Shown here: one piece after another, positions 10,394 through 20,448 of the stretch
Layout of the letters: each line of letters opens with the position of its first letter
Numbering within the stretch: the first letter of the stretch is position 1
Program-made: the position numbers and the translations under genes
DNA from: Candidatus Methanomethylophilaceae archaeon
GTDB lineage: Archaea; Thermoplasmatota; Thermoplasmata; Methanomassiliicoccales; Methanomethylophilaceae
DNA length: 64,000 nt
Direction: 5' to 3'
NCBI GenBank assembly: GCA_944320495.1
Contig: CALUHR010000013.1
Span: forward strand, 1-64,000
The notes under the pieces: model-generated
Told to the model about the DNA's origin: nothing
The model's input: only the letters and a program-made list of their open reading frames with translations
Databases searched by the model: none

Positions 10394-11390
10394 GGTCGAA
10401 CCCGCAGTTGGAGCACCTGGAACCGTCCAGCTCGGATGCGTCGACCGAAAACCCGAACCTGCGTATGACCGGCCTGCCGCACCTCGGACAGAAGGTGTCC
10501 CCCGGCCCTTCTGCGATGATGTTGCCGACGTAGACGAAGTTCAGACCCTCCTCGATGCCTATCTCCCTGCACCTGAGCACCGTCTCAACGGGCGTCCACG
10601 GGACGTCGGTCAGCTTGTAGTCCGGATGGAACCTGGTGAAATGGACGGGCACATCGGACGAGAGCTCCGACGCCACCCACGAGCAGAACGCACGCACCTC
10701 GTCCTCTGAGTCGTTGAGCCCCGGGATCACCAGGTACGTGAGCTCGAGATGCACCCCCTCGGAGAACACGATGCGGACCGAGTCCAGGACGTCCCGGAGA
10801 TGGGCACCGCACTCCCGCGTGTAGAACTCCTCGGTGAACCCCTTGACATCGATGTTCATGGCGTCCGCGATATGACATAGATCCCTGAGGAGGGCCTCGC
10901 ACGCCAGCCCGTTGGTCACCAGGACGATGCGTATGTCCGGGTCCACGGCGGCCACGTCGCGGATGTACTCGTACCAGATCATCGGTTCGTTGTATGTGAA
11001 CGCGATGACGCCCAGGCCCTCGCGCCTGCAGTGGGCCACCAGATCCTCCGGCGACACGTAGGTGGACCTCCTCCTGCCGGTCGGTATCGATGAAATCGCG
11101 AAGTTCTGGCAGTGGAGGCAGCGCATGTTGCACCCGGCGCCGCCTATGGACAGGCATCTCTTCCCGGGCATGTAGTTGTAGAGGGGCTTCTTCTCCATCG
11201 GGTCCACGCACATCGACGTGACCTTCCCGTAGCTGGACGCGAACAGCGTCCCGCCCTCGGCCCTGCGGGCCATGCAGCGCCCGGTCTGTCCCTCACCGAT
11301 CCTGCAGTGGTGCGGGCACAGGCCGCAGACGAAGACGTCGCCGTCCCTCTCGCAGTAAGCGGCCTCGATGCGCGGATCGGTATTCACCAT
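10377..11390 (-). CDS. amrS: AmmeMemoRadiSam-system radical SAM enzyme (PFL-activase-like)
   Basis: CGLCPHHC N-terminus, VDPMEKKPLY, CNMRCLHC radical SAM motif, FTYNEP, C-terminal CPRC...CSNC. Ends CGFDLGIVR then CGA (10379-10377); standard end is 10263. Confidence 0.85.
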
Positions 11391-12309
11391 AGGGGATCAC
11401 CGTCCTCTCGCCCCCGTCGATCAGGTGGGGTGCGCCGGTGTCGTTGACTATCCCGATGATCGAGAATGGCACCTCGGCCTCGTAGAGCCTGTCGAGCCCG
11501 TCCTGGGGCGCGGTGAAGACGAGCTCGTACTCCCCTCCCCAGCCCAGGAGCAGGTCCCTGACGTCCCTGCCGGACGCCTCGGCCATCTCATCGACCGACG
11601 GCCCCCTCGGTACGAACGACAGCTCCACCTCCATGCCCACGCCGGAGGCGGTGCATATGGTGTTCAGCGCCGTGCCGAGCCCGTCGGACAGGTCCATGCA
11701 CGACGTGACCACCCCCGTCGCGGCCATCGCCTCCCCCTCGGCCACCCTCGGGACCGGGACGTAGAGCTGGTTCCTGGCGTCCTCGGCATCGATGCCGAGC
11801 TCCAGCGAGACGAATCCCGCCGCCGGGCCGCCGACCGGCCCGGTCACTGCGACGAAGTCTCCCGGCCTGGCGCCGGAGCGGAGCATCGGCCTCCTGCCGT
11901 CCATGGATCCGAGCGCGGTCGTCGTGACCACCCCGGGACCCACCTTGGTGTCCCCACCGGCGATCCCGGTGCCGCAGAACTCGGCGCACTGGCTTATCCC
12001 ACTCATTATGTCATACGCGGCCTGGACGTCCAGGTCGCCCGGGAGGACCAGCGACGCCAGTATCCCCGTGGGGCGCGCGCCCATCGCCGCGAGGTCACTG
12101 AAGCTGACCGCCGCGGAATACCAGCCGAACTGCTCGTACGTCATGCCGGCGGGCATATGCCTGTCGAAGGTCACGGCGTCCGTGGAGACCACGACGCCCT
12201 TGCCGAGCACCGCGGCGTCGTCGCCGGGGCCGACCTCGCCCTCCCGGGCTATGAACGTCCCGAAGTCCTCTATGAGCTGCCTCTCGCCGATCTCTCCGAT
12301 CAGGGTCAT
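11377..12309 (-). CDS. thiL: Thiamine-monophosphate kinase
   Basis: GERQLI, GDDAA, SDLAAMGARP, GGDT, MDLSDGL and GGEYELVFT. The first CGA at 11379-11377 gives a 14-nt overlap with the amrS start; standard end is 11293. Confidence 0.9.
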
Positions 12310-12341
12310 CACGACTCCATCGAGTCGGAGATATAAGGGTT

Positions 12342-12380
12342 GCTCAGATGATGAAGAATTAATTACTCCATCATCTGAGC
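12342..12380. terminator. Inverted-repeat hairpin downstream of the Mrr-type gene
   Basis: Perfect 12-bp arms GCTCAGATGATG / CATCATCTGAGC with an AT-rich loop, 9 nt past the stop at 12390. Confidence 0.55.
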
Positions 12381-12389
12381 CAGGCTTGA

Positions 12390-14027
12390 TCATGCCTTGT
12401 TTAGTTCTTTGGCTTCTTTAAGATCAATTCTAGCCCTATAACCATGCTTCTGAAGCAGATACAGCAGTTCTGCACCATTGAGAAGAGTCAGAGGCTTGTC
12501 TTTGGCAAAATTGTAAGCATCGTTTCCGTAGTTTGAGGTTGTTACAAGAATTCCCTTTGTTGCACCCTCGTTCATCACCGTACCATACAGATCTCTTACT
12601 GCCGATACTCCGACCACGTTCGTGTACCTCTTTGCCTGAATGACAATCTTGCCACCACGTATCGGATCCGGGTCGAATGCCACTGCGTCTACACCACCAT
12701 CGCGACTGGCTTGTGTGATCTTAACCTCACCACCATTTGAACTGAACTCTTTCTCGAAGATTTCTCTGATGAGATTCTCGAAATCTTGCCAGTCAATTGC
12801 TGCTAGATTCACACTGTCATCGATTGTATCTACGACATTATAGCCATCTATGAATCTCTTATCCTCGCGAGACATTGTGATCAAAGGTGCTACAGGTGTG
12901 ACATTGGCCAGAGAAGCTGCGGACACGCCCTTGGAACTCTTGAACCATGCCTTAGGGTCAACAGATGAAAGGTTCACCTCTTCGAATGACTCGCGAGATA
13001 CATTAACTGAGAGGACATATGGTTCGATTTCCTTCCCAGTAGACTTGTCGATCGTACTGACTCTTCCATTGATTACGATAGCAGAGACGGGACAGTTAAG
13101 TTCTAGACTGAAAACGAAGTTGATACATTGGAGTACCATCTGGTAGATTACACTATCATACTTCTTTTTCAGATACGATTCTGCGAAATGAGTTTCCTTG
13201 AACTCATTTCTTGACTTGACGTAGGTTACAGCCTTCAATGTCGGAATATCTTCCAACTTTGGAAGCATATAATCTACAATCACGAGGTCTGTTTCAGGAT
13301 TGTATTCCACCTCAATCAGTTTATCGTAACTGAATGGGAGTGCGAGTCTCTCAATCGCCTCCCTGACATACCATTCAACAGAGGGTACATCACCAGATTG
13401 AACCTTCTGATAGAGAGCATCGATTTTTGAGTTCTCTGAATCACGAACTCTCTCGAACTCATTCTTCCTTTGCTCCCAGTTTGCTACTTCCTTGTTGTAA
13501 GCGTCTTGTGCGACCTTATTGTTATGTGTAACGCGATCGCATTCTCTTTTCCAAATTTCATAGTCTGATTTATAAGCAAGGTTGTCAGACTCTGTCAATT
13601 CGGCCATCTTTTTCTTTGATAGTTTGGCAAACAAAGTTGGCTGTGAATTGTACTTGGAAGACTTCTTATCAGGCTCAATCGGAAGTTTCTCGAACACTGG
13701 CCTAGAAGGGGAAGGTTCTTCGAACTCTGAGAAATCCTTGAACTCGTTGATAGTGAATTGGTGAGAGCCCAGATTATCCAGAAGAATCCTGTCCATTGCT
13801 TCCTGAACTTCTTCTGCCTGTGTTGTAATTTCTTTGGCATAGGCTATGGAGTCGGCTTCATCGCGAATCTTTGCTTCACGTGCTTGCTTTTTCTCCCACT
13901 GTTCGTCCCACTGATCTTTCAGAGCGCGTACCTTCTGATCCAGCTCATATTGAGTTGCTGCCTTGACTATGCGATATTTATGCAACCCCTCATGTGAAAC
14001 TTCAGCTTGGTATGGGTATGTCACCAA
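12390..14027 (-). CDS. Mrr-family (type IV-like) restriction endonuclease with long N-terminal coiled-coil region
   Basis: C-terminal Mrr_cat: WQDFENLIREIF, ASRDGGVD, IQAKRY, VGVSAVRDLYG, GILVTTS and LLNGAEL. Markedly more AT-rich than the flanks. Confidence 0.85.
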   Translation of the reverse strand: MVTYPYQAEVSHEGLHKYRIVKAATQYELDQKVRALKDQWDEQWEKKQAREAKIRDEADSIAYAKEITTQAEEVQEAMDRILLDNLGSHQFTINEFKDFSEFEEPSPSRPVFEKLPIEPDKKSSKYNSQPTLFAKLSKKKMAELTESDNLAYKSDYEIWKRECDRVTHNNKVAQDAYNKEVANWEQRKNEFERVRDSENSKIDALYQKVQSGDVPSVEWYVREAIERLALPFSYDKLIEVEYNPETDLVIVDYMLPKLEDIPTLKAVTYVKSRNEFKETHFAESYLKKKYDSVIYQMVLQCINFVFSLELNCPVSAIVINGRVSTIDKSTGKEIEPYVLSVNVSRESFEEVNLSSVDPKAWFKSSKGVSAASLANVTPVAPLITMSREDKRFIDGYNVVDTIDDSVNLAAIDWQDFENLIREIFEKEFSSNGGEVKITQASRDGGVDAVAFDPDPIRGGKIVIQAKRYTNVVGVSAVRDLYGTVMNEGATKGILVTTSNYGNDAYNFAKDKPLTLLNGAELLYLLQKHGYRARIDLKEAKELNKA

Positions 14028-14199
14028 CTCACCAATCCTCTAATGAAATAAATTGAGATAATCTTTGGGGATATGATAGAAACTATGCCTTAAATCAGAA
14101 ATCCAAAGAATTTAAATTATAAATTGTCAAATAACTTTCAAAAAACACACATTCTTTAAATATAAGTGGCCGATTCGAAACCCAATAGGAGCAATATTC

Positions 14200-14574
14200 T
14201 TGCCTGGTCAGTCCGCAACAACGCAGCCGAAGAAGAACAAGGTCGTCGTCAACAAGCCCCAGACGGGGAACCAGTACGACAAGGGGAAGAAGAACAGACC
14301 TCAGAGGACCAAGGAGTCCACCAAGAGACAGGCGATGCTCAACACCCACCGCATCAACCCCTTCAAGTACGACATGAACCAGATTCTCGATGCGTCCGCC
14401 ATGGACCCCGCAAAGGCGTCCTCCTTCCTCGCCTCGGTCATCGCCAAGGCGTCCCGCGTATCCACCAAAGACGCGAAGGACTTCGTGAGGACCTTCCAGG
14501 ACGCGGGTGACCTCACCAAGGACGAGGTCGACAAGATCAGCAAGCTCCTGGACAAGTACAGCAGATACCGCTGA
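14200..14574 (+). CDS. Basic hypothetical protein
   Basis: TTG start after a GGAG SD-like site; host-like codon usage; Lys/Arg-rich N-terminus and helical C-terminus; TGA stop. Confidence 0.7.
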   Translation: MPGQSATTQPKKNKVVVNKPQTGNQYDKGKKNRPQRTKESTKRQAMLNTHRINPFKYDMNQILDASAMDPAKASSFLASVIAKASRVSTKDAKDFVRTFQDAGDLTKDEVDKISKLLDKYSRYR

Positions 14575-14583
14575 GGTCCGCAC

Positions 14584-15033
14584 ATGAGGAGCGCCGAGCT
14601 CGCCAGGGGGAGGGTCTTCATCCTGCGCCTGGAGGACGGCGAGGTCCTCCGCGAAACCATAGAATCATTCTGCAGGGACAACGGCATAGCTCGCGCCCTG
14701 GTGCACGTCACCGGCGCCGTGGATGAGGGGTCCCGCATGGTCAGCGGCCCGAGGGTCCCCGTGGGGGACAGGGTCGAGCCCATCGTCATCGAGCTGGAGG
14801 ACCGGTGCGAGGTCACCGGGCACGGCACCGTGTTCCCAGATGCGGACGGCAACCCGCTGCTCCATCTCCACGGCTCCGTCGGGAGGGAGGGGTTCTGCGC
14901 CACTGGCGACTTCGGCCCCGGGATGGTGTCCTGGCTCGTGATGGAGGTGCTCATAGAGGAGCTGGTCGGCGACGGCCCTGTCAGGGAGGAGTCCGACCCC
15001 AGGATAAGCGGTAAACTTCTGGAGATGAGACGA
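14584..15033 (+). CDS. PPC/DUF296-domain protein
   Basis: RVFILRLEDGE, GHGTV and PLLHLHGSVG. Ends KLLEMR then CGA at 15031-15033, overlapping the next ATG by 1 nt; standard end is 15147. Confidence 0.8.
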
Positions 15034-16595
15034 TGGCATCCGAGGAGATACTCAGGAAGACGATCCACAACGCGGACGGCAAGCCCTTCGCCAAATACAG
15101 GAACATACAGGGCTCCTTCGTCACCGAGGGCTTCGAGCTCTTCATAGACGAGGTCCAGGGGGACCGCATGGGGCACTCCAGGATGAGGGTCCGCGTCCCC
15201 ATGAAGAGGGCCGGATTCCCAGAGGACACCCGTTCCAACGCGTCGCGCAGAGCGGCCCTCGGCGACATCATAGCCAGGAGGTTCTGGGAGTCGGCCAGGA
15301 CGCACGCCCGCTCCAACATCCCCAAGACCGACGGGGGCGTCGTCTACATGCCCCGCCCCGGCCAGGAGATCCTCGACCGCGGTAGCGTGGAGGTCACGGA
15401 GCACTACGTGGAGGCGCGCTTCACAGCCGACCTCCCCTCGAAGGCCAACAAGGTCGACGAGGAGTCCGCCATCGACCTCATCTTCGGGAGGATCTCACTG
15501 ATCGTCTCCGAATCCATGCTGTTCGCCTCCTACAAGAGACAGAAGCTCTACAACCACCTGGAGACCGCCGAGAACGCGGACTCCATCAGGTCCAGGCTCC
15601 CGGAGCTGGGCCTCGCCGCATTCGTCGGCATCGGCTCGATCCTGCCACGCAGGGACGACGGCCTCGCCCCCATGACCGACGCGGTCCCTTTCGACTGCGA
15701 CGACTCCCTCAAGGTGACCGTCGAGGTCCCCAACGGCGACCCCGTCACCGGCATGGGCATACCGATCGGGTTCACCACGGTCTCCGGACCCAGCGGGTCC
15801 GGGAAGTCCGTCCTCGCGGACTCCGTGTTCGCCGGCATCTACGACCACATCCCGGGAGACGGGAGGGAGCTCGTGATCTCCGACCCTGACGCCGTGTACG
15901 TGATGACCGAGGCCGGCAGGCCCTACGAATCCGTGAGGCTCACGGGACCAGCCTCCGAGATGGAATCCGTGGACGAGGCGGTAGGATGCGGATCACATCT
16001 CATCATCATGGACGAGGAGTACTCGTGCCCGTGCGTCCTGCGCAGGTCGGTCATCTCCGGCGACGACGACGTGGTCCCCGTCTCGGAGACCGCCGGCTCC
16101 CTCGGCCGCTCCGGGATCTCGGTGCTCATGGTCACCGGGGACGGCGACGCCGTCTCCAGAGCGGGGCTCGCCCTGTCCATGGACGGGTACAGGGTCGGGA
16201 GACTCGACGTCGAGTGTCGTGAAGGGTCGGAGTTCCCGATCCCCCAGGGGCGCTACCCAGTTGCGAAGAACGTCTCCTTCGAGAAGGGCAGGAAGGAGGT
16301 CAGCACCTCCGCCCCCGAGATCCGCACCGTAGAGATCGGAGAATACAGGGTGACGGCTCCCGTCGCAGGGTTCTTCGACCACGCCCAGACCAGGACAGTG
16401 GCGGACGCGATAGCCCTGGCCCGTGAATCGATGGACGGCTCGAAGGATCTCAGGACCGTCTGCGGGGATGCTCTGGCGATGCTGAGGGAGAAGGACGCAT
16501 CCGAGGGCACCGGCATGGCCCATGCGCAGGCCAGGGCCGTGGACATGGCCGCGGTGCTGCTGAGGCACCCTCAGATGCTGTTCATAAGGCGCTGA
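15033..16595 (+). CDS. ABC-class ATPase-domain protein (COG3044-like)
   Basis: N-terminus resembling the family (IDEVQGD, PGQEILDR, VEARFT), Walker A-like GPSGSGKS, HIPGDGRE and Walker B-like IIMDEE. Confidence 0.7.
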   Translation: MASEEILRKTIHNADGKPFAKYRNIQGSFVTEGFELFIDEVQGDRMGHSRMRVRVPMKRAGFPEDTRSNASRRAALGDIIARRFWESARTHARSNIPKTDGGVVYMPRPGQEILDRGSVEVTEHYVEARFTADLPSKANKVDEESAIDLIFGRISLIVSESMLFASYKRQKLYNHLETAENADSIRSRLPELGLAAFVGIGSILPRRDDGLAPMTDAVPFDCDDSLKVTVEVPNGDPVTGMGIPIGFTTVSGPSGSGKSVLADSVFAGIYDHIPGDGRELVISDPDAVYVMTEAGRPYESVRLTGPASEMESVDEAVGCGSHLIIMDEEYSCPCVLRRSVISGDDDVVPVSETAGSLGRSGISVLMVTGDGDAVSRAGLALSMDGYRVGRLDVECREGSEFPIPQGRYPVAKNVSFEKGRKEVSTSAPEIRTVEIGEYRVTAPVAGFFDHAQTRTVADAIALARESMDGSKDLRTVCGDALAMLREKDASEGTGMAHAQARAVDMAAVLLRHPQMLFIRR

Positions 16596-16958
16596 TCAGC
16601 GCCTGTTGTTGCCGTAGGCATTCTGCCAGTTGTCGAAGACGCGGTCCGCGTAGTTGTTGATGTGGACCTGGTCGACCTTGTCGTCCGGTACTATGAATCC
16701 CGCGATGGGGTACTCCTTGTCGCAGTAGGGGCAGCGGACGTACGGGCAGTTGGAACTGGCCTGGGGGCACGCCTTGCAGGCGACCGCCCTGGACTGGAAG
16801 AGGCTGAACTCCCTCCCGCAGTTGGGGCACAGATAGCGCCTGGCGGCGACCTTCAGGTCCTTGGTGATTCCTGCGGCCCTCTCCTCCGGCGTCAGCCACA
16901 TGGGGGCGCGCGGGGAGATCGGCGTGTTGTAGGACGGCCCGCCGCTCCAGTCGCTCAC
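16596..16958 (-). CDS. Small Cys-rich (zinc-ribbon-like) hypothetical protein
   Basis: CPNC, CKAC...C and CPYC. The GTG start overlaps the GGGPS stop (GTGA); alternative ATG at MWLTPEE. Confidence 0.75.
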   Translation of the reverse strand: MSDWSGGPSYNTPISPRAPMWLTPEERAAGITKDLKVAARRYLCPNCGREFSLFQSRAVACKACPQASSNCPYVRCPYCDKEYPIAGFIVPDDKVDQVHINNYADRVFDNWQNAYGNNRR

Positions 16959-17701
16959 TGGGAGACCCCCTTGGCTGCGGAGACGACGGCCTTCAGGACG
17001 GAGCCCTCGCTGCACTGCTCGAGGAGCGTCCCGGTGACGATGATGTCTGCTCCCGCCTCGCGCGCGGCTGCCGCCGCCTCGGGGGTGCGGATGCCCCCTC
17101 CCACGATCAGGGGGATGCTGACTGCCTTCTTGACGGCGGAGATCATCTCGGGGGGCACGGGCCTGTCGGCGCCGGAGCCGGCCTCGAGGTACACGATGCT
17201 CATGCCGTACATCTCGCAGGCGAGCGCATAGGCGACGGCGCGGTCGATCTGGTCCCTCCTGATCGGGTCGGCCTTGCCGACCTCGCCGACCTTCATCCCG
17301 GGCTCGACGATGATGTATCCCATGGGGATCGTCTCGATGCCGAGCTTCCTGATGTACGGGGCGGCGAACACCTGGGCGCCGATGACCCACTTGAGGTCGG
17401 TGCTGTTCAGCATGCTCATGAAGAGGAGCGCGTCTACCTCCGGGGAGAGGGCCTCGGCATTGCCGGGGAAGTGGATGACGGGAAGTCCGGATGCGTCCTT
17501 GATAGCCCTCGTGGTGGCCGCGAGGTTCTCGGAGGTGACACCGGTGGATCCCCCGATGAGGACCGCGTCGCTGCCTGCGGCGAGCATCCTCTCCGCAATC
17601 CTGCCGGCCTCCTCCGGGGGCTGCTTGTCGGGATCGATGAGGGCCATGTGGAGGGTCCCCCTCGAGGCGATCATTTCGCGGATGTTGTCCATGACGGTCA
17701 T
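16955..17701 (-). CDS. Geranylgeranylglyceryl phosphate synthase (PcrB family)
   Basis: LIDPDK, IGGSTG, HFPG, YLEAGSG and VGGGIR; start MTVMDN at 17701. Confidence 0.9.
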   Translation of the reverse strand: MTVMDNIREMIASRGTLHMALIDPDKQPPEEAGRIAERMLAAGSDAVLIGGSTGVTSENLAATTRAIKDASGLPVIHFPGNAEALSPEVDALLFMSMLNSTDLKWVIGAQVFAAPYIRKLGIETIPMGYIIVEPGMKVGEVGKADPIRRDQIDRAVAYALACEMYGMSIVYLEAGSGADRPVPPEMISAVKKAVSIPLIVGGGIRTPEAAAAAREAGADIIVTGTLLEQCSEGSVLKAVVSAAKGVSQ

Positions 17702-17906
17702 GAGATCACATCTGGTACGTATGCGACCGATGCCACGCGACCATGGGCCGCCCGGACACCGCGCACTATATGGCTTACGATATGGGCACCATACTAAAAG
17801 ATAGCGACATCGCGGGATGTCCGGGGGACGGGTTCCCAAGTGCCAGACGCCCTCGCCGAACATATCCCTGGACACTTGAAATACGGAGTCAGACAATAGT
17901 CTCCGC

Positions 17907-18260
17907 ATGACATGGTATGTGACCGTCGGGGAGGCCGACCCCCGCGCCGCCGAGGGGCTCCAGGACATCGAAACCGCCGTGAGGAGCGTCCCGAACGGGG
18001 AGAGCGAGTTCTTCGTCGTCGAGCCCGTCCCGGATTCCGAGGACTCGTTCGTCCAGGCGTCCGTATGGACCGAGGGGATAGCGCTCGGGACCAGCTACGT
18101 CGCGGAGGTCCGCATGCCGTCAGGCGACGGCTTCAGGCAGTGGAGGCTCAGGACCAAGCGCTTCGAGGACATCGAATCCGCCGTGCTCGCCTACATGGAC
18201 GGGGAGGCGCCATCAGGAGCCCCCTGGGTCGATGTGACCGACGAGTTCACGGATTCCTGA
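17907..18260 (+). CDS. Acidic hypothetical protein
   Basis: 117-aa ORF with host-like codon usage that fills the gap between GGGPS and trm11. Confidence 0.6.
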   Translation: MTWYVTVGEADPRAAEGLQDIETAVRSVPNGESEFFVVEPVPDSEDSFVQASVWTEGIALGTSYVAEVRMPSGDGFRQWRLRTKRFEDIESAVLAYMDGEAPSGAPWVDVTDEFTDS

Positions 18261-19242
18261 AGATGTGATAGTGCCTCGATAGGGAGCCGTGCACCCTCTG
18301 CACGAACATCGATTCGAGCTCCATCGCCGGGAACTCCATCGGATGAGGGAGGACCACTCCGGCCCTCGCACCCGCCTTCAGGGCCTTCGGTATGGCCTCG
18401 CCGGCGCGACGGTAGATTATGTCTATGTCCTCGCCGCCGGTCTTCGTGGACCTGCCGTAGGGCGGGTCGGTGCATATCGCGTCCACATCATGGAAGCGCT
18501 CCCCGATCTCCCCTATGTCCAGGACCTCGAAGTCGTGTATCGGGAGACCGTAGAACTCCATGTTCTCCCTGCAACCGTCGACCATCTCCGGGTCGAAATC
18601 GGACGCCATCGCGCGCATCCCCATCTCGGCGGCCTCGATGACGATGCCTCCCGTCCCGCAGAACGGGTCCAGGACCGTGCCCCCCTTCCTCACTCCGGTG
18701 AGGTTTATCAGCGCCCTGGCGTACTTGGGGTGCAGGGATATCGGCGAGAAGAACGGCCTCTCCCCCACCTTGCGCTTCTCCAGCAGATCGGTCTCCGTGA
18801 CCCTCTGCTCGAGATAGAGGTGGATGCCGTCGCACATCTGCATCCGCACCACGAAATCCGGCTCGCGGAGGTTGACGTCGTTCCTCTTGGACAGTATCCC
18901 GCCTATCCTCCTGATGATCCCCTGGGAGTCCGCATCCCTCATCATGCCCTCGAAGCGCTTGGCGCGGATGGCGAAGCTCCCCTCCGGAAGCTCCGCCGAT
19001 TCGAGGTTGGAGACGTCGTCCGGGTCGTACATCCCGAGATAGCGCCCCATGCTGTGTGTCAGCGCTATCCTGTCGGCGATGCCGTCCAGCGCCGAGGGGT
19101 CGAACTCGGCCACCATGTATCCCGGACCGGTGCTGACGACGCGGTGGTCGCCGGCCTCGGCCTCGATGCATCTGACCGCCTCCGCGGGAGGCATGTCCTT
19201 GGACTCGCCGGAGAGCTCGAAGAAGAATTGTTGGGGGCTCAC
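18247..19242 (-). CDS. trm11: tRNA (guanine-10-N2) methyltransferase (THUMP plus methyltransferase)
   Basis: RPFFSPISLHPKYARALINL, VLDPFCGTGG, TDPPYGRS and RVHGSLSRH; GTG start. Confidence 0.9.
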   Translation of the reverse strand: MSPQQFFFELSGESKDMPPAEAVRCIEAEAGDHRVVSTGPGYMVAEFDPSALDGIADRIALTHSMGRYLGMYDPDDVSNLESAELPEGSFAIRAKRFEGMMRDADSQGIIRRIGGILSKRNDVNLREPDFVVRMQMCDGIHLYLEQRVTETDLLEKRKVGERPFFSPISLHPKYARALINLTGVRKGGTVLDPFCGTGGIVIEAAEMGMRAMASDFDPEMVDGCRENMEFYGLPIHDFEVLDIGEIGERFHDVDAICTDPPYGRSTKTGGEDIDIIYRRAGEAIPKALKAGARAGVVLPHPMEFPAMELESMFVQRVHGSLSRHYHIFRNP

Positions 19243-19281
19243 GCCCCCGTTTATACCGACCGACTAATGAATCTGGCGGTC

Positions 19282-20244
19282 TCAGGCGTCCTTGATCCCG
19301 TCCTCGGTCACCATGAACACCGCCTCCCCCTCCGGCAGATTGGGGGAATCGATGAGCCTGGCGATCCTCTTTCCGGCCTTGCCCTTCCTCAGGTAGATCC
19401 TGAAGGTGGCCGTGTGTCCCACGATATGGCCTCCGATGGGCCTGGTGGGGTCGCCGAAGAACGCATCGGGCTTTGCCGCGACCTGGTTGGTCACGGCGAT
19501 GACCGCGTTGTTGACGGTGGCGAAGTTCAGCAGGTCGTGCATATGGCGGTTGAGGATCTGCTGCCTCTCGGCCAGCGCGCCGCGGCCGACGTACTCCGCA
19601 CGGAAGTGGGAGGTTAGCGAGTCCACGATCAGGAGCCTGCACTTGATCTCCTGGGCGAGCTCCATCGCCTTGTCCACGAGAAGGACCTGGTGCTGTGAGT
19701 TGAACGCGCGGGCGACATGGATCCTCTTGAGGGTCTCGTCGGGGTCCACGCCCAGGTAGTTGGCCATCTGGATGATCCTCTCGGGACGGAAGGTGTTCTC
19801 CGAATCTATGATTATGACGTCCGAATCGAAGCCTCCGCGCTCCTCAGGGAGCGTGGCGTTCACCGCGAGCTGGAAGCAGACCTGGGTCTTGCAGCTTCCG
19901 AACTCACCGAAGAACTCCACGATGCTCTGGCTCTCCAGTCCGCCGGCGAGCAGCTCGTCGAAGGCCTGGGACCCGGTGGTCAGCTTGGTGACGGCCTTGC
20001 GTCTCTCCAGGATGTCCTCTCCGGTCTCGAATCCGCCGATGTCCGCGCAGAGCTTCGCTCCCTCGATGATGTCGGCCGCCTTCTTCTCCCCGATCTCGCA
20101 GGTCTCCGCGAGCTCCTTGGGCGACGCGACGGCGATAGCCATGAGCTCCGTGTATCCTGCCTCGCGCAGCTTCTCGGCGATGGCGGGCCCCACGCCGGGG
20201 ATGTCCTCCAGTGTCTTCGTGACCATTTCGATCCTCTCTGACAC
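19282..20244 (-). CDS. radA: DNA repair and recombination protein RadA
   Basis: HhH N-terminus (LEDIPGVGP), GEFGSCKT Walker [14 protein letters not shown] and TNQV. Confidence 0.97.
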   Translation of the reverse strand: MSERIEMVTKTLEDIPGVGPAIAEKLREAGYTELMAIAVASPKELAETCEIGEKKAADIIEGAKLCADIGGFETGEDILERRKAVTKLTTGSQAFDELLAGGLESQSIVEFFGEFGSCKTQVCFQLAVNATLPEERGGFDSDVIIIDSENTFRPERIIQMANYLGVDPDETLKRIHVARAFNSQHQVLLVDKAMELAQEIKCRLLIVDSLTSHFRAEYVGRGALAERQQILNRHMHDLLNFATVNNAVIAVTNQVAAKPDAFFGDPTRPIGGHIVGHTATFRIYLRKGKAGKRIARLIDSPNLPEGEAVFMVTEDGIKDA

Positions 20245-20448
20245 GACGACGGCGAACGCCTATATAAGCGGGACAGAGGGGGTGCGCCGAAAACCCCCTC
20301 ATCGTGTTGATGCGACGCCCTCCCCCAAGACCCATGGGGTGCGGCCGGCACGCAAGACTGAGGCACGAGGCAGGATTCATATAAGATGAGCCGACGCGGA
20401 GGCCTCCCGGCGCATCATTAAGTATGCTCTGCGACGATTCGGCGCCCC

